The position numbers and the translations under genes are program-made. A stretch of DNA of 64,000 nucleotides from a bacterium (lineage in GTDB: Bacteria; Chloroflexota; Dormibacteria; Aeolococcales; Bog-877): the NCBI GenBank assembly GCA_021785655.1, contig JAJYET010000002.1:82391-146390 (forward strand), read 5' to 3'. Under the pieces are notes generated by a model. It worked only from the letters and a program-made list of their open reading frames with translations. It did not search any database and was not told where the DNA came from. Positions 18,030 through 28,056 of this stretch are shown in pieces. Each line of letters opens with the position of its first letter. Within the stretch, counting starts at the first letter, position 1.

Positions 18030-19337
18030 GTGAGGGTCTCGGTGGCCGCAGTCGCGGCCGCCCTTCTGCTCGCCGCCTGCGGCGTGCAGCCCAAGCCGGG
18101 CGGTCATTCCCCCAGCGCGAGTCCAACACCTTCGGCGCCGGCCTCCGCCCGGTCGGTCAGCAGAGCCTTCCTGCAGGACATGGTCGAGGGAAGCTACAAC
18201 CTTCAGTGGCCGGTCCTCGCCCCGGCTGAGCAATCGAGCTGGCCCTCTGAGGCCGCGCGCTCGGCGATGCTCGCCGCGAAGTTCTCCGGGGCGGCCCGGG
18301 TGGTCGCCTTCGCGGTGGGGCGGCCGGTGGCCGGTGCCGAGTGGGCCAGCACCGAGAACCCCAGGGTGCAGGTGGCCAACGCCACCGAGATCCCGGTCGC
18401 GATCGCCTTCGCCAGTGCCTCGGCCCTGTCTCCCCCGGGGGTGGCTGGCCTCTACGAGCACACCCACCTGTTCCTGGCCGGGCCCTCGTCGTCTCCCGCC
18501 TCCAGCACCTATCTGGTCGTCGGGGAGGGGCCCGCGGCCATGGAGGCGCCGGTGATCACACCGGCCACGGTCGTGCCCAGGACCGCCTCGGTTCCCATCC
18601 TCATGTACCACCTGGTGGGCCCCTTCCCGGACCGGTCCCTGTACTCCAGCCAGTACAGCTATGACCTCGACTACGGGCTCACGGTGCCGCCTGCTCAGTT
18701 CTCCGCCGAGATGCAGTATCTGGGTACCGACGGCTACCAGGCGATCTCCCTCTACCGGCTGGCCGACTTCCTTCTGTACGGTCTCCCGCTCCCGGCCCAC
18801 CCGGTGGCGATCACCTTCGACGACGGATTTGCCAACGAGTACCAGTACGCCCTCCCGGTGCTGGAGGCGGACGGCCTCACCGCCACCTTCTTCCCCTGCA
18901 GCGGCCTCATCGGGGTCAAGAACGGTGAGGAGGAATACCTGTCGGCGACCGAGCTCAGCTCGCTCCTCCAGATGGGGTTCGCGGTCCAGGACCACACCTA
19001 CAACGACGGCACGGTCCTCTGGGGCCAGTCCCTGGCCACTATCCAGGAGCTGACCGGAGACAGCGCCCGGGTTTTGGAGGCGATCACCGGGGAGCCGGTG
19101 CAGTTCATCGCCTACAGCGGACTCTGGCCCTACGCCTCGCCCGAGCAGGCCGGCCCCGGCCAGGGGCAGCTCTTCTCCCAGCTCGGGTCCCTGGGATATG
19201 TGGGGGGCCTGGAGGACAACTGGGTGGGACGCTTCGCCTGGGCGGAAAGCTCGGAGTCACTCTGGGAGTGGCCCCGGGTGCGGGCCTATCCGGGCGAGAG
19301 CCTCGCGGCGTTCGCGGCGCTCCTGACGTACGGCTGA
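18030..19337 (+). CDS. lipoprotein with C-terminal polysaccharide deacetylase (NodB/CE4) domain
   Basis: The GTG start gives VRVSVAAVAAALLLAAC (lipobox LLAAC). The CE4 motifs are ITFDDGF (TFDDG), the His motif VQDHTYND, and others. The ~200-aa N-terminal domain is unassigned. Confidence 0.65.
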   Translation: MRVSVAAVAAALLLAACGVQPKPGGHSPSASPTPSAPASARSVSRAFLQDMVEGSYNLQWPVLAPAEQSSWPSEAARSAMLAAKFSGAARVVAFAVGRPVAGAEWASTENPRVQVANATEIPVAIAFASASALSPPGVAGLYEHTHLFLAGPSSSPASSTYLVVGEGPAAMEAPVITPATVVPRTASVPILMYHLVGPFPDRSLYSSQYSYDLDYGLTVPPAQFSAEMQYLGTDGYQAISLYRLADFLLYGLPLPAHPVAITFDDGFANEYQYALPVLEADGLTATFFPCSGLIGVKNGEEEYLSATELSSLLQMGFAVQDHTYNDGTVLWGQSLATIQELTGDSARVLEAITGEPVQFIAYSGLWPYASPEQAGPGQGQLFSQLGSLGYVGGLEDNWVGRFAWAESSESLWEWPRVRAYPGESLAAFAALLTYG

Positions 19338-19340
19338 GCG

Positions 19341-19895
19341 GTGCTGCGTACACTCGCCGGGGTGAGGAGGCGAGGAAGCGACCTCTGGTATGCCGCCAGC
19401 CTGGCGGCCGCACTCCCGTCGGTGCCCACCCCGGCCACCGTGCCCCCACTTCTGTCAGCCCTCCTCGCCAGTTCCGGTAGCCGCGAGCGTGAGCTGCTGG
19501 GGACCGCCCTGATCGAGGTGCTCAACTCAGCGTTCGACCTCCAGCCCTGCGCCCTCACCGTCGCGGACCGGCCCCAGGTCCACTCCCGGGATGACCAGGG
19601 CCGCCTGGCGCGCGCCACGTACGGCTACTACCGCTGTCGCATCCCCCGGTCGGGCACCCCACAGCGCTGCGCCATCCGCGTCTACCACCGCACCGCGGTG
19701 AGGGGCCAGGTGGTCAGCGCCAGCGCCTTCACGAATACTCTCCTCCATGAGTGGGTCCACCACTACGACTTCGCCGGGCTGGGTCTGCGCCGCTCACCCC
19801 ACACCGCTGGGTTCTTCGCCCGCCTCCGCCAGTTGCGCTCCCTGGTCCTCCCGGACATGGAGCCGGAGTCGACCGGGCCGCACCCCGGGCGGTAG
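19341..19895 (+). CDS. hypothetical HExxH-motif protein (putative zinc metallopeptidase-like)
   Basis: At 184 aa, it contains NTLLHEWVHHYDFAG (HExxH). There is a 3-nt gap after the deacetylase gene. I recognise no confident family. Confidence 0.4.
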   Translation: MLRTLAGVRRRGSDLWYAASLAAALPSVPTPATVPPLLSALLASSGSRERELLGTALIEVLNSAFDLQPCALTVADRPQVHSRDDQGRLARATYGYYRCRIPRSGTPQRCAIRVYHRTAVRGQVVSASAFTNTLLHEWVHHYDFAGLGLRRSPHTAGFFARLRQLRSLVLPDMEPESTGPHPGR

Positions 19896-19925
19896 CATCA
19901 GGGGCGACACATCCAAGGAGGAGTC

Positions 19926-20411
19926 ATGACGCATCCGACCTCTCGGCGCCCCCCCTTGCTTCTGGGCCTGGCCGCCCTGGGGGCGGCCCTCCTGGTCGCC
20001 GCCTGCGGCACCGGTCCAATTCCTGGACAGCCGGCGGGAGCCGGTGGCACCCCTGGCTCCTCGACATCCACGACTTCGTCGGGCGGCTGCACCGCGGCCA
20101 GCGCTCAGAGCGCTGTCACAGTCGACGCCACCAACTCCCTGAAGTTCACCCCGGCCAGCGTCTGCCTCAAGGCCGGGGGCACCATCACCTGGAAGAACGT
20201 GGGCAACATCTTCCACACCACGACTGACGACTCTGCCCTCGCGGCGAGCCCGGGCGATGCCGCCCTACCCAGCGGCGCCAGCTCCTGGAATCACCCCCTC
20301 AACCCCGGGGGCTCGTTCTCCCTGAAGCTCACGGTGCCGGGGACCTACAAGTACTTCTGCCTCCCCCATGAGAGCCTGGGGATGCTGGGGCAGATCACCG
20401 TCGTCTCATAG
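19926..20411 (+). CDS. cupredoxin (plastocyanin/azurin-like blue copper) lipoprotein
   Basis: A lipobox (LLVAAC) and a Gly/Ser/Thr linker precede the type-1 copper ligand pattern ...FH....YKYFCLPHESLGM (His, Cys, His, Met). Confidence 0.7.
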   Translation: MTHPTSRRPPLLLGLAALGAALLVAACGTGPIPGQPAGAGGTPGSSTSTTSSGGCTAASAQSAVTVDATNSLKFTPASVCLKAGGTITWKNVGNIFHTTTDDSALAASPGDAALPSGASSWNHPLNPGGSFSLKLTVPGTYKYFCLPHESLGMLGQITVVS

Positions 20412-20441
20412 CGCGGGTCGCGGCCGGCGCGGGAGGTCCAA

Positions 20442-21629
20442 ATGCGTTTCGCGGAGCGGATGAGCCGGCTGGGAACCGAGAGCGCCTTCGAGGTCCTCGC
20501 CAAGGCCAAGCAGATCGAGGCCAGCGGCCGGCCCATGATCCACCTGGAGATCGGGGAACCGGACTTCTCCACCCCGGACAACATCGTCGAGTCGGCGTAC
20601 TCGGCGATGCGCTCCGGGGCCACCCACTACACTCCGGCGGCCGGGCTGCCCGAGGTGAGGGCGGCCATCGCCGAGAGCATGTCGGCCCGGGGCGGGGTCC
20701 CGGTGGGGGCGGACCAGGTGGTGGTGGTCCCCGGCTCCAAGAACATCCTCCACTTCCTGCTCCTCAGCTGCGTCGAGGCGGGCGACGAGGTCATCCTTCC
20801 CGACCCCGGGTACCCCGTCTACCGCTCCCTGACTGATTTCGTCGGCGCCCGGGCCCGGCCGATCGCCCTCCGGGAGGAGAACGGCTTCGGGATGGACATG
20901 GATGAATTCGAGGCGCTGATCACCCCCCGCACCCGGCTGGTGATCATCAACTCCCCCCAGAACCCCACCGGCGGCGTCCTGAGCTCCGGGCAGCTGGACC
21001 GTCTGGCGGAGCTGGCCCAGCGCCACGACTTCCTCGTCCTCAGCGACGAGATCTACTCGCGCATCTGCTTTTCGGAGCTGCCGAGGCCGCTCTGGACCCG
21101 GGACGGGATGGCCGAGCGGACGGTGGTGTTGGACGGGCTGTCGAAGACCTACGCCATGTGCGGGTGGCGGCTGGGGTATGGGGTCATGCCCCGGGAGCTG
21201 GCCCAGCGGATGGAGACGCTCATGATCAACACCAGCTCATGCGCCGCCGCCTTCACCCAGCTGGCGGCGGTGGAAGCGCTCCGGGCGCCGGAGTCGGAGG
21301 TGGCCGTGGGCCAGATGGTCGCCGAGTTCCAGGCCCGGAGGGACCTGCTCGTGTCCGGGCTCAACACCATCCCCGGGATCCGCTGCCACCTGCCCTCCGC
21401 CTCCTTCTACGCCTTCCCCAACGTGGAGGGGACCGGGATCCCCAGCCGAGAGCTGGCGTCCCGGCTGCTGGAGGAGGCTGGGGTCGCGGTTCTCGCCGGG
21501 GAAGCCTTTGGGGAGGCGGGACGGGGGTACATCCGCCTGGCGTACACCGTGGGGCGTCCAGCGCTCGAGAAGGCGGTGGATCGCATCCGGGAGTTCGTGG
21601 CCAGCGCGTCGCCGGCCACGGTCCTGTGA
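20442..21629 (+). CDS. PLP-dependent aminotransferase class I/II (aspartate/aromatic aminotransferase-like)
   Basis: At 395 aa, it has class-I features (NPxNPTG at INSPQNPTGG, and the catalytic Lys in LSKTYAMCGWRLGY). Confidence 0.8.
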   Translation: MRFAERMSRLGTESAFEVLAKAKQIEASGRPMIHLEIGEPDFSTPDNIVESAYSAMRSGATHYTPAAGLPEVRAAIAESMSARGGVPVGADQVVVVPGSKNILHFLLLSCVEAGDEVILPDPGYPVYRSLTDFVGARARPIALREENGFGMDMDEFEALITPRTRLVIINSPQNPTGGVLSSGQLDRLAELAQRHDFLVLSDEIYSRICFSELPRPLWTRDGMAERTVVLDGLSKTYAMCGWRLGYGVMPRELAQRMETLMINTSSCAAAFTQLAAVEALRAPESEVAVGQMVAEFQARRDLLVSGLNTIPGIRCHLPSASFYAFPNVEGTGIPSRELASRLLEEAGVAVLAGEAFGEAGRGYIRLAYTVGRPALEKAVDRIREFVASASPATVL

Positions 21630-21661
21630 CCGCCACCGGGGGGTGCCGGCCCCTTGTGCTG

Positions 21662-22384
21662 ATGCCGCTGCGCCCCGGCACCCGGCCGGACCCGGAGGCG
21701 GGCACGGAAGTCCCTCTCCAGACGGCAAACCAAGCCTACCTGGCAGCCCTCCAGGCGGCTGGGGCCACCCCGATCCTGGTCCCCCTGGGCACCCGAGACC
21801 TCGATGGTCTCGAGTTCGCGGATGGGGTCCTTCTCCCCGGCGGCGTGGATATCAACCCCAGCGCCTACGGCGCCCAGCCCCACCCGACCAGCGAGTGGGA
21901 CGACCGGGTGGACGATCTGGAGTTCCGCCTCGCGCGCTGGGCGCTGGAGCGGCGGCTGCCCATCCTGGGAATCTGCCGGGGCCTCCAGGTGCTCAACGTG
22001 GTCCTCGGCGGGAGTCTGGTCCAGGACCTCCCCAGCCAGCGGCCCCAGGGTCTCGAGCACCCGCGCCGGGGGCCCCGATTCTCGCTGACCCATCGCCTCA
22101 CCTTGGTGCCCGGAGGCCGGCTCGCGGCCGCCCTGGGCGAGAGTGAGGTGGCGGTCAACAGCCTGCACCACCAGGGGTTGGAGCGGCTGGCCCCCGGGCT
22201 CATCCCCTCGGCCCGGGCCGAGGACGGCCTCATCGAGGGGGTCGAGATGGAGGGAGAGGAATGGGTGGTGGCCGTGCAGTTCCACCCCGAGGAGCTGTTC
22301 ACCACTCAGCCGTACGCTGCCGGTCTCTTCCAGTCCTTCGTCGCCGCCTGTGCTCGGCGGGTGACCACCGCGGTCCCCGCCTGA
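21662..22384 (+). CDS. class I glutamine amidotransferase-like hydrolase (gamma-glutamyl-GABA hydrolase PuuD / peptidase C26 family)
   Basis: ILGICRGLQVLNVVLGGSL (catalytic Cys) and FHPEE (His/Glu) are present. The N-terminal part of the listed 408-aa ORF overlaps the aminotransferase in another frame and is rejected. The start is at the ATG (21662) or the GTG (21656). Confidence 0.7.
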   Translation: MPLRPGTRPDPEAGTEVPLQTANQAYLAALQAAGATPILVPLGTRDLDGLEFADGVLLPGGVDINPSAYGAQPHPTSEWDDRVDDLEFRLARWALERRLPILGICRGLQVLNVVLGGSLVQDLPSQRPQGLEHPRRGPRFSLTHRLTLVPGGRLAAALGESEVAVNSLHHQGLERLAPGLIPSARAEDGLIEGVEMEGEEWVVAVQFHPEELFTTQPYAAGLFQSFVAACARRVTTAVPA

Positions 22385-22421
22385 CGGGTCCCTCAGGCCG
22401 GGCCCGACGGGCCCCAATGTT

Positions 22422-23558
22422 TCAGGCCCCGGGAATCCCCTCGGGCAGCTCCCGTCCCGCGGCGATCAGCTCCTGGTCCTCGTCCGCGATCCGATCGAGC
22501 TCTTTGATCAGCGAGTCGACCAGCTCGGACTCGGGCAGGGTGGCGACGACCTTGCCCTTGCGGTAGAGGATCCCCTTCTGCCTGCCTCCGGCGATGCCGA
22601 TGTCGGCGTGCATCCCCTCGCCCGGCCCGTTCACCACACAACCCATCACCGAGACGGTGATCGGGCGGCGGACGCGCTGCAGCGCGGCCTCCACCCGGGA
22701 GACCATGGGCATCATGTCGATCTCCAGCCGACCGCAGGTGGGGCAGGCGACCAGGTTGGGGCCGGTGGGCCGCTCCTGGAGGTTGGCCAGGATCTGCCGG
22801 CCCACCCGCACCTCCTCCTCGGGCTGGTCCACGAGGGAGACCCGGATGGTGTCTCCGATCCCCTCCGAGAGCAGGATGCCGATCCCCATGGCGCTCTTGA
22901 TGGCCCCCGTCGAGGTGGGGCCGGCCTCGGTGAGGCCCAGGTGGAGGGGGTAGCGGTTGGGGAGGCTGGCGAAGAGCCGGTTGGCAGCCAGGTTGGTCAG
23001 GACGTCGCTGGCCTTGAGGCTCACCTTGATGTCCTGGAAGCCGAGCTCCTCCAGGATCCCGATGTGGCCCAGCGCGGCGTCCACCATGCGACGCGCCACG
23101 TCCTCGGGGCCCCCCTCCCCCCGGCCCCGCGCCAGCTGCTTGCGGTCCGGGAGGCTGCCGGCGTTCACGCCGATACGGATCGGCACCCCCAGCTCCTGGC
23201 ACCGGCGAGCGATCTCCGCGACCTTCTCAGGCTGGCGGATGTTGCCGGGGTTGAGCCGAAGGCACTGGATGCCGGCGGCCAGCGCCATGAGCGCCAGGGG
23301 CGCGTCGTAGTGGATGTCGGCCACGATCGGCAGCCGGCTGCCCTTGACGATCTCGCGCAGCGCCACCCCGGCCTCATCGGTGTCGCAAGTCACCCGGATC
23401 AGGTCGGCTCCGGCGTCCGCGGCTCTGGCGATCTGGTCCAAAGTCCCCTGGACGTCCTCGGTGGCCGTCTTGGTCATGGTCTGGACGCTGATCGGCGCCG
23501 CTCCCCCGATCACCACCGACCCGACCTTGATCGGTCTCGTCTTGCGGCGCTCGATCAC
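22422..23558 (-). CDS. ispG: 4-hydroxy-3-methylbut-2-en-1-yl diphosphate synthase (flavodoxin)
   Basis: The sequence from VIERRKTRPIKVGSVVIGGAAPISVQTMTKT onward is canonical IspG/GcpE, with a C-terminal Cys cluster (ACPTCGR...GCVVNGPGE). The upstream 154 codons of the listed ORF are rejected. Confidence 0.85.
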   Translation of the reverse strand: MIERRKTRPIKVGSVVIGGAAPISVQTMTKTATEDVQGTLDQIARAADAGADLIRVTCDTDEAGVALREIVKGSRLPIVADIHYDAPLALMALAAGIQCLRLNPGNIRQPEKVAEIARRCQELGVPIRIGVNAGSLPDRKQLARGRGEGGPEDVARRMVDAALGHIGILEELGFQDIKVSLKASDVLTNLAANRLFASLPNRYPLHLGLTEAGPTSTGAIKSAMGIGILLSEGIGDTIRVSLVDQPEEEVRVGRQILANLQERPTGPNLVACPTCGRLEIDMMPMVSRVEAALQRVRRPITVSVMGCVVNGPGEGMHADIGIAGGRQKGILYRKGKVVATLPESELVDSLIKELDRIADEDQELIAAGRELPEGIPGA

Positions 23559-24808
23559 CTGGTCAGCCGGGAGATGTCGCCGAACGTGACGTAGATGAAC
23601 AGCATCACCAACAAGGCTAACCCAACAGTGTGCACCGCCGCCTCCACCCGAGGGCTCACCTGCCGCCGCCGGGCCGTTTCCAGGAGGATGAAGAAGAGGC
23701 GGCCCCCGTCCAGGAAGGGGATCGGAAGGAGGTTGAACAGCCCGAGATTGAGGCTGATGAGCCCGAGCAGGGTGGCGTAGACGGAGAGCGAGATCTGGGC
23801 GGCGATCGAGGTCTCCTGGGCGATGCCCACGGGACCGGTGAGCTGCAGGTTGGGGTTGTGGTGGGGGGTGATCAGGGTCCAGAGGTTGACGAAGGTGGCC
23901 CCGATCTCCTGGGGCACGGTCCAGAACCCCAGCGCCAGCGCCTGGTACCAGGGCGTGGGGGCGTTCCCCAGGCTCGGCAGCAGGGCGTTGCCAGCGGAGG
24001 CGAGGTAGCCCACCTGCCACTCGGCCTGCAGCTGGGATCTGGAAACCTGGACTGTCTTGCGCTCCGACCCCGCAAGGTAGGTGACCCTGAGGGCCCCGGA
24101 GCCGGGAACGCTGGATGCCAGCTGTGTGGGCGGCGCATGGGGGACCGGCCTGCCGTCTATGGCCACGATCTGGGCCTCCAGCGGCACCGGGGAGTGGGCC
24201 TGGAGCCCCACCCAGTGAAGCTCAGGGGTGACCAGATAGGTGCGCGGAGCCCCTCCCCCCCAGGGCCTCATCTCCACCCGGACCGGCCGCCCCCCGGCCG
24301 CCTGGATGAGGTCCCGGATCCGGACCAGCGAGGTGGTGGTGGTGCCGTCCACCCCGGTGATCTGGTATCCCGACGCCGGGGCGCCGGCCGCCGCCAGCCC
24401 TCCCCCGTGCTGCACCTCGGGAGAGGGGCCTCCGGCGGCCGCGACCGCGGTGAAGAGAAGGCCGGCCAGCAGCAGATTGGTGATCCCTCCCGCCGCCAGC
24501 ACCGCCGCCCGGCGGGAACGAGACGCCTTCAGGAACGCCCTGGGGCCGCCGCTGGCGGCGGGGTCCTCCAGCCCGCTCATCCCGGCCATGCGCACATAGC
24601 CCCCGAAGGGAAGAAGACGCAACGAATAGCGGGTCTCCCCGCGGGTGCGGCTGGCCAGCCGAGGCCCGAACCCGATCGAGAACTCGTCCACCTGGATCCC
24701 CGCCCACTTGGCCACGGCGAAGTGGCCGCCCTCGTGGAGGGAGATGACGACGAGGAGCATGAGCACGATGCCCCCCACGCTCTGCCAGGTGAAGGCGAAC
24801 CCGGTCAC
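23555..24808 (-). CDS. rseP: RIP metalloprotease RseP (site-2 protease, M50)
   Basis: It has the HEGGHFAVAKWAGI zinc motif, PDZ region and C-terminal TM helices. A 4-nt overlap couples it to dxr upstream and ispG downstream. Confidence 0.8.
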   Translation of the reverse strand: MTGFAFTWQSVGGIVLMLLVVISLHEGGHFAVAKWAGIQVDEFSIGFGPRLASRTRGETRYSLRLLPFGGYVRMAGMSGLEDPAASGGPRAFLKASRSRRAAVLAAGGITNLLLAGLLFTAVAAAGGPSPEVQHGGGLAAAGAPASGYQITGVDGTTTTSLVRIRDLIQAAGGRPVRVEMRPWGGGAPRTYLVTPELHWVGLQAHSPVPLEAQIVAIDGRPVPHAPPTQLASSVPGSGALRVTYLAGSERKTVQVSRSQLQAEWQVGYLASAGNALLPSLGNAPTPWYQALALGFWTVPQEIGATFVNLWTLITPHHNPNLQLTGPVGIAQETSIAAQISLSVYATLLGLISLNLGLFNLLPIPFLDGGRLFFILLETARRRQVSPRVEAAVHTVGLALLVMLFIYVTFGDISRLTR

Positions 24809-25980
24809 AGCCGCTGGCCCCCGGCGGTACCGCGGCGGTCCAGCTGTCCCACCATCTCGCCGGCCATGGCCCGTCCGAAGGCGTCCGCCGCCAGCACCTC
24901 CTCCAGGGTCTCCGGGGGCGCACCGGAGTAGGATCCGGTCACCTCCGAGACCAGCTCCACGATCTCCCCGAACCGCAGCTCACCCCGGAGGAAGGCGGCG
25001 ACCGCAACCTCGTTGGCGGCGTTCATCACCGCTGGAGCCCCTCCCCCCCGGCCCGCCGCCTCCTGGGCCAGGCTGAGGGCCGGGAAGCGTTCGGGGTCGG
25101 GCTCCTCAAAATCCAGCCTGCCCGTCGCGGCCAAATCCAGCGGCGGGACCACCCCGGGCAGCCGCCTGCCCCCAGAGAGGGCCAGGGCGATGGGGGCGCG
25201 CATGTCGGGCACCCCGAGCTGGGCCACCAGGGTGCCGTCACAGAACTCGACGGCGGAGTGGATCGCGCTCTGAGGATGGATCACCACCGAGATCCTGGAA
25301 TAGGGGATCCCGAAGAGAAAGTGGGCCTCGATCACCTCCAGCCCCTTGTTCATCATGGTGGCGCTGTCCACGGTCACCTTGGGCCCCATCTTCCAATTGG
25401 GGTGGGCCAGGGCCATCTCCGGGGTCGCATCCCTGAGGCCGGCCAGCGGGGCGGCACGGAAGGGGCCGCCGCTGGCGGTGAGCCAGAGCCGCGCCACCTC
25501 CTGAGCCGACTCCCCGCGGAGGCACTGCCAGATCGCCGAGTGCTCGCTGTCCACCGGCACGATCTCCGCACCTGACCGGCGCGCGGCGGCGGTGACCAGC
25601 TCCCCTGCCATCACCAGGACCTCCTTGGTGGCGATGGCCACGCGGCAGCGGCGCCGCAGGGCGGCCAGAGTGGGGAGGAGGGCGGCCGCGCCGCCGCCAC
25701 TCACCAGCACCACATCGGCCCGGGGGTCGGCACCGAGCTGGCAAGCCGCCTCCTCGCCGATCCCCACCCCGGAAGGGACGGGTCCCCCAGGGTCGACCAC
25801 CACGGCCTCCGCCCCAGGGAACGGGCTCAGCGCCGCCTGCAGGGCCTGTGTCCCGTGCCCAGCCACGGCCCCCAGCAGCTCGAAGTGCTCGGGGTAGCGG
25901 GCGATGACCTCCAGCGCCTGGCTCCCGATCGACCCCGTGGCGCCCACCACCACGACCCGGGTCCGCCTAGCGGAGGGCAC
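24805..25980 (-). CDS. dxr: 1-deoxy-D-xylulose 5-phosphate reductoisomerase
   Basis: VVVVGATGSIGSQALEV is the NADPH-binding N-terminus. Typical Dxr core motifs follow (DSEHSAIWQC, NKGLEVIEAHFLF). Confidence 0.9.
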   Translation of the reverse strand: MPSARRTRVVVVGATGSIGSQALEVIARYPEHFELLGAVAGHGTQALQAALSPFPGAEAVVVDPGGPVPSGVGIGEEAACQLGADPRADVVLVSGGGAAALLPTLAALRRRCRVAIATKEVLVMAGELVTAAARRSGAEIVPVDSEHSAIWQCLRGESAQEVARLWLTASGGPFRAAPLAGLRDATPEMALAHPNWKMGPKVTVDSATMMNKGLEVIEAHFLFGIPYSRISVVIHPQSAIHSAVEFCDGTLVAQLGVPDMRAPIALALSGGRRLPGVVPPLDLAATGRLDFEEPDPERFPALSLAQEAAGRGGGAPAVMNAANEVAVAAFLRGELRFGEIVELVSEVTGSYSGAPPETLEEVLAADAFGRAMAGEMVGQLDRRGTAGGQRL

Positions 25981-26776
25981 CGGAGGCCACCAGAAGCGTG
26001 TACATCACCGGGGCCACGAAGAGCAGGCTGTCCACCCGGTCCAGTATGCCGCCGTGTCCGGGAATCAGCCTTCCGGAGTCCTTGACTCCCAGCTCGCGCT
26101 TGAGCTGGGACTCCGCCAGGTCCCCGGCGATGGCCGCCAGCGAGCAGGTCGCGGCGACCAGCGCAGCGACGGCCCAGGAGAGTCCGGGGAGCGCCAGCGG
26201 CAGGAGCGCCGTGATCGCCAGCGCCGGGAGGAGGAAGCCGGCGGCAGCGCCCTCCCAGGTCTTGGAGGGGCTGATGCGGGGAATGAAGGGGTGGCGCCCC
26301 AGGCGGGAGCCCACCAGATAGGCCCCGGTGTCCCCCAGCACGGACACCCCCACCGCCAGGAGGACCATCTCCGCCCCCCGGGAGTGGGCGCTCCGATACA
26401 GGAGGGGCAGGAAGCCTGCCAGGTAACCGATCCAGATGGCTCCCCCGATGGCCACCGCCCAGCGCGCCACCGGCCTGGAGTCGGGCCGGGAGAGCAGGGT
26501 CAGGGCCAGGCCCGCCAGCGCCCCGGCGGTGAGGCCCAGGCCGGCGGCGGGCACCGTCGGATAGGCGTAGCGCAGCACCCAGAACGCCGACAGCGGCGCC
26601 AGGACCAGCAGGTTGGGTAGGAGCCCCACTCCCCGCCAGAGCCTCCGGTACTCCAGCAGCCCCAGGGCGGCGACCAGGACCACCAGGGCCGCCAGGTAAC
26701 CAGAACCCAGTTCCAGTGCGACGCCCAGGACCACCAGCAAGGTGATCCCGCTGGCGCTCCGGACCCAGAGCCTCAA
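25967..26776 (-). CDS. cdsA: phosphatidate cytidylyltransferase
   Basis: This is a 269-aa membrane protein with the CdsA C-terminal signature SPSKTWEGAAAG...GDLAESQLKRELGVKDSGRLIPGHGGILDRVDS. Confidence 0.85.
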   Translation of the reverse strand: MRLWVRSASGITLLVVLGVALELGSGYLAALVVLVAALGLLEYRRLWRGVGLLPNLLVLAPLSAFWVLRYAYPTVPAAGLGLTAGALAGLALTLLSRPDSRPVARWAVAIGGAIWIGYLAGFLPLLYRSAHSRGAEMVLLAVGVSVLGDTGAYLVGSRLGRHPFIPRISPSKTWEGAAAGFLLPALAITALLPLALPGLSWAVAALVAATCSLAAIAGDLAESQLKRELGVKDSGRLIPGHGGILDRVDSLLFVAPVMYTLLVASGALR

Positions 26777-27483
26777 CCGAGCTCCGGAACCCCGCCGAAG
26801 CGGCGGACGCGCACGGCGTAGTCGGCGAGGGCCGCCTCCAGGTCAGCCGCGCCGAAGTCCGGCCAGAGGGTCTGGGTGACATACAGCTCGGCATAGGCCG
26901 CCTGCCAGATCAGGAAGTTGCTGGTCCGGAGTTCTCCTGCGGTGCGGATGATGAGGTCGGGATCAGGCATCCCCGCCGTGTAGAGGTGAGCGGCGAGCAT
27001 CTGCTCGTCCACCTGGCGGAGGTCCTCCCCCGCGCGGGCGAGGGAGCGGACGGCGTCCACGATCTCCGCCCGGCCCCCGTAGTTGATGGCCACGTTCAGG
27101 CCCCCCCGGGTGTTCTCCCGAGTGCGCGCCTCGGCCTCCTCCACCAGTCGGCAGAGCCGGGCCGAGAGCCGCTCGCGGCGGCCGATGACCCGGATCCGCA
27201 CCCCGTTCTGGTGGAGCTCGTCCACCTCCGCCTGCAGGGTCTGTTCGAAGAGACGCATCAGGGTCGCCACCTCGTATCGGGGACGGGACCAGTTCTCGGT
27301 GGAGAAGGCGTAAAGGGTCAGGTGATGGACCCCCGCCCGATCCGCCGCCTCCATCACCCGCCGGATGGCCCGGATCCCCGCTCGATGTCCCTCGGTGCGT
27401 CGCCGACCGCGCTGCCGGGCCCAGCGCCCGTTGCCGTCCATGATGATCCCGATGTGGGCGGGCAAGGCCGCGCGCTCAGCCAC
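26773..27483 (-). CDS. uppS: isoprenyl transferase (undecaprenyl-diphosphate synthase type)
   Basis: HIGIIMDGNGRWA and FSTENW are present, with the C-terminal RFGG. Confidence 0.9.
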   Translation of the reverse strand: MAERAALPAHIGIIMDGNGRWARQRGRRRTEGHRAGIRAIRRVMEAADRAGVHHLTLYAFSTENWSRPRYEVATLMRLFEQTLQAEVDELHQNGVRIRVIGRRERLSARLCRLVEEAEARTRENTRGGLNVAINYGGRAEIVDAVRSLARAGEDLRQVDEQMLAAHLYTAGMPDPDLIIRTAGELRTSNFLIWQAAYAELYVTQTLWPDFGAADLEAALADYAVRVRRFGGVPELG

Positions 27484-27498
27484 CGCCCGAATCCCCGT

Positions 27499-28056
27499 TC
27501 ACACCTCGAGCAGCTCGACTTCCTTGCGCCGGGCGATCTCCTCCACCCGCTCCACATGGCGGTCCGTGATCCGCTGCAGGTCGCCGTGGGCGCGCTGAGC
27601 CTGGTCCTCGGAGATCTCCCCGTCGTGCTCCAGCTTGCGCAGCCGCTCCAGGTCGTCCCGACGGATGTTGCGGACGGCGACCTTGGCCTCCTCGGAGCGC
27701 TGTTTGACGAGGCGCACGAACTCCCGCCGCCGCTCCTCGTTGAGCGGGGGAACCGGCACCCTGATCACCTGGCCGTCGTTGCTGGGATTGAGCCCCAGCT
27801 CGCTGCGCTGCAGGGCCCGCTCGATGGGAGCGATGAGGTGCCGGTCCCAGGGCTGGACCAGGATCATGTGCGGCTCGGGTGCCGAGAGGCTGGCCACCTG
27901 GTTGATCGGCACCTGGCTCTCGTAGGCGTCGACCTTGACGTGCTCGATCAGCGCCGGGGAGGCCCGCCCGGTGCGGATCGAGGCCAGCTCGCGCTGAAGC
28001 GCCTCCAGGCTCTTGGCCATCCGCTCCTCCGCGGAGCGCAGAAGGTCAGCGCTCAC
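27499..28056 (-). CDS. frr: ribosome recycling factor
   Basis: At 185 aa, it has the characteristic [21 protein letters not shown]...VRNIRRD. Confidence 0.9.
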   Translation of the reverse strand: MSADLLRSAEERMAKSLEALQRELASIRTGRASPALIEHVKVDAYESQVPINQVASLSAPEPHMILVQPWDRHLIAPIERALQRSELGLNPSNDGQVIRVPVPPLNEERRREFVRLVKQRSEEAKVAVRNIRRDDLERLRKLEHDGEISEDQAQRAHGDLQRITDRHVERVEEIARRKEVELLEV

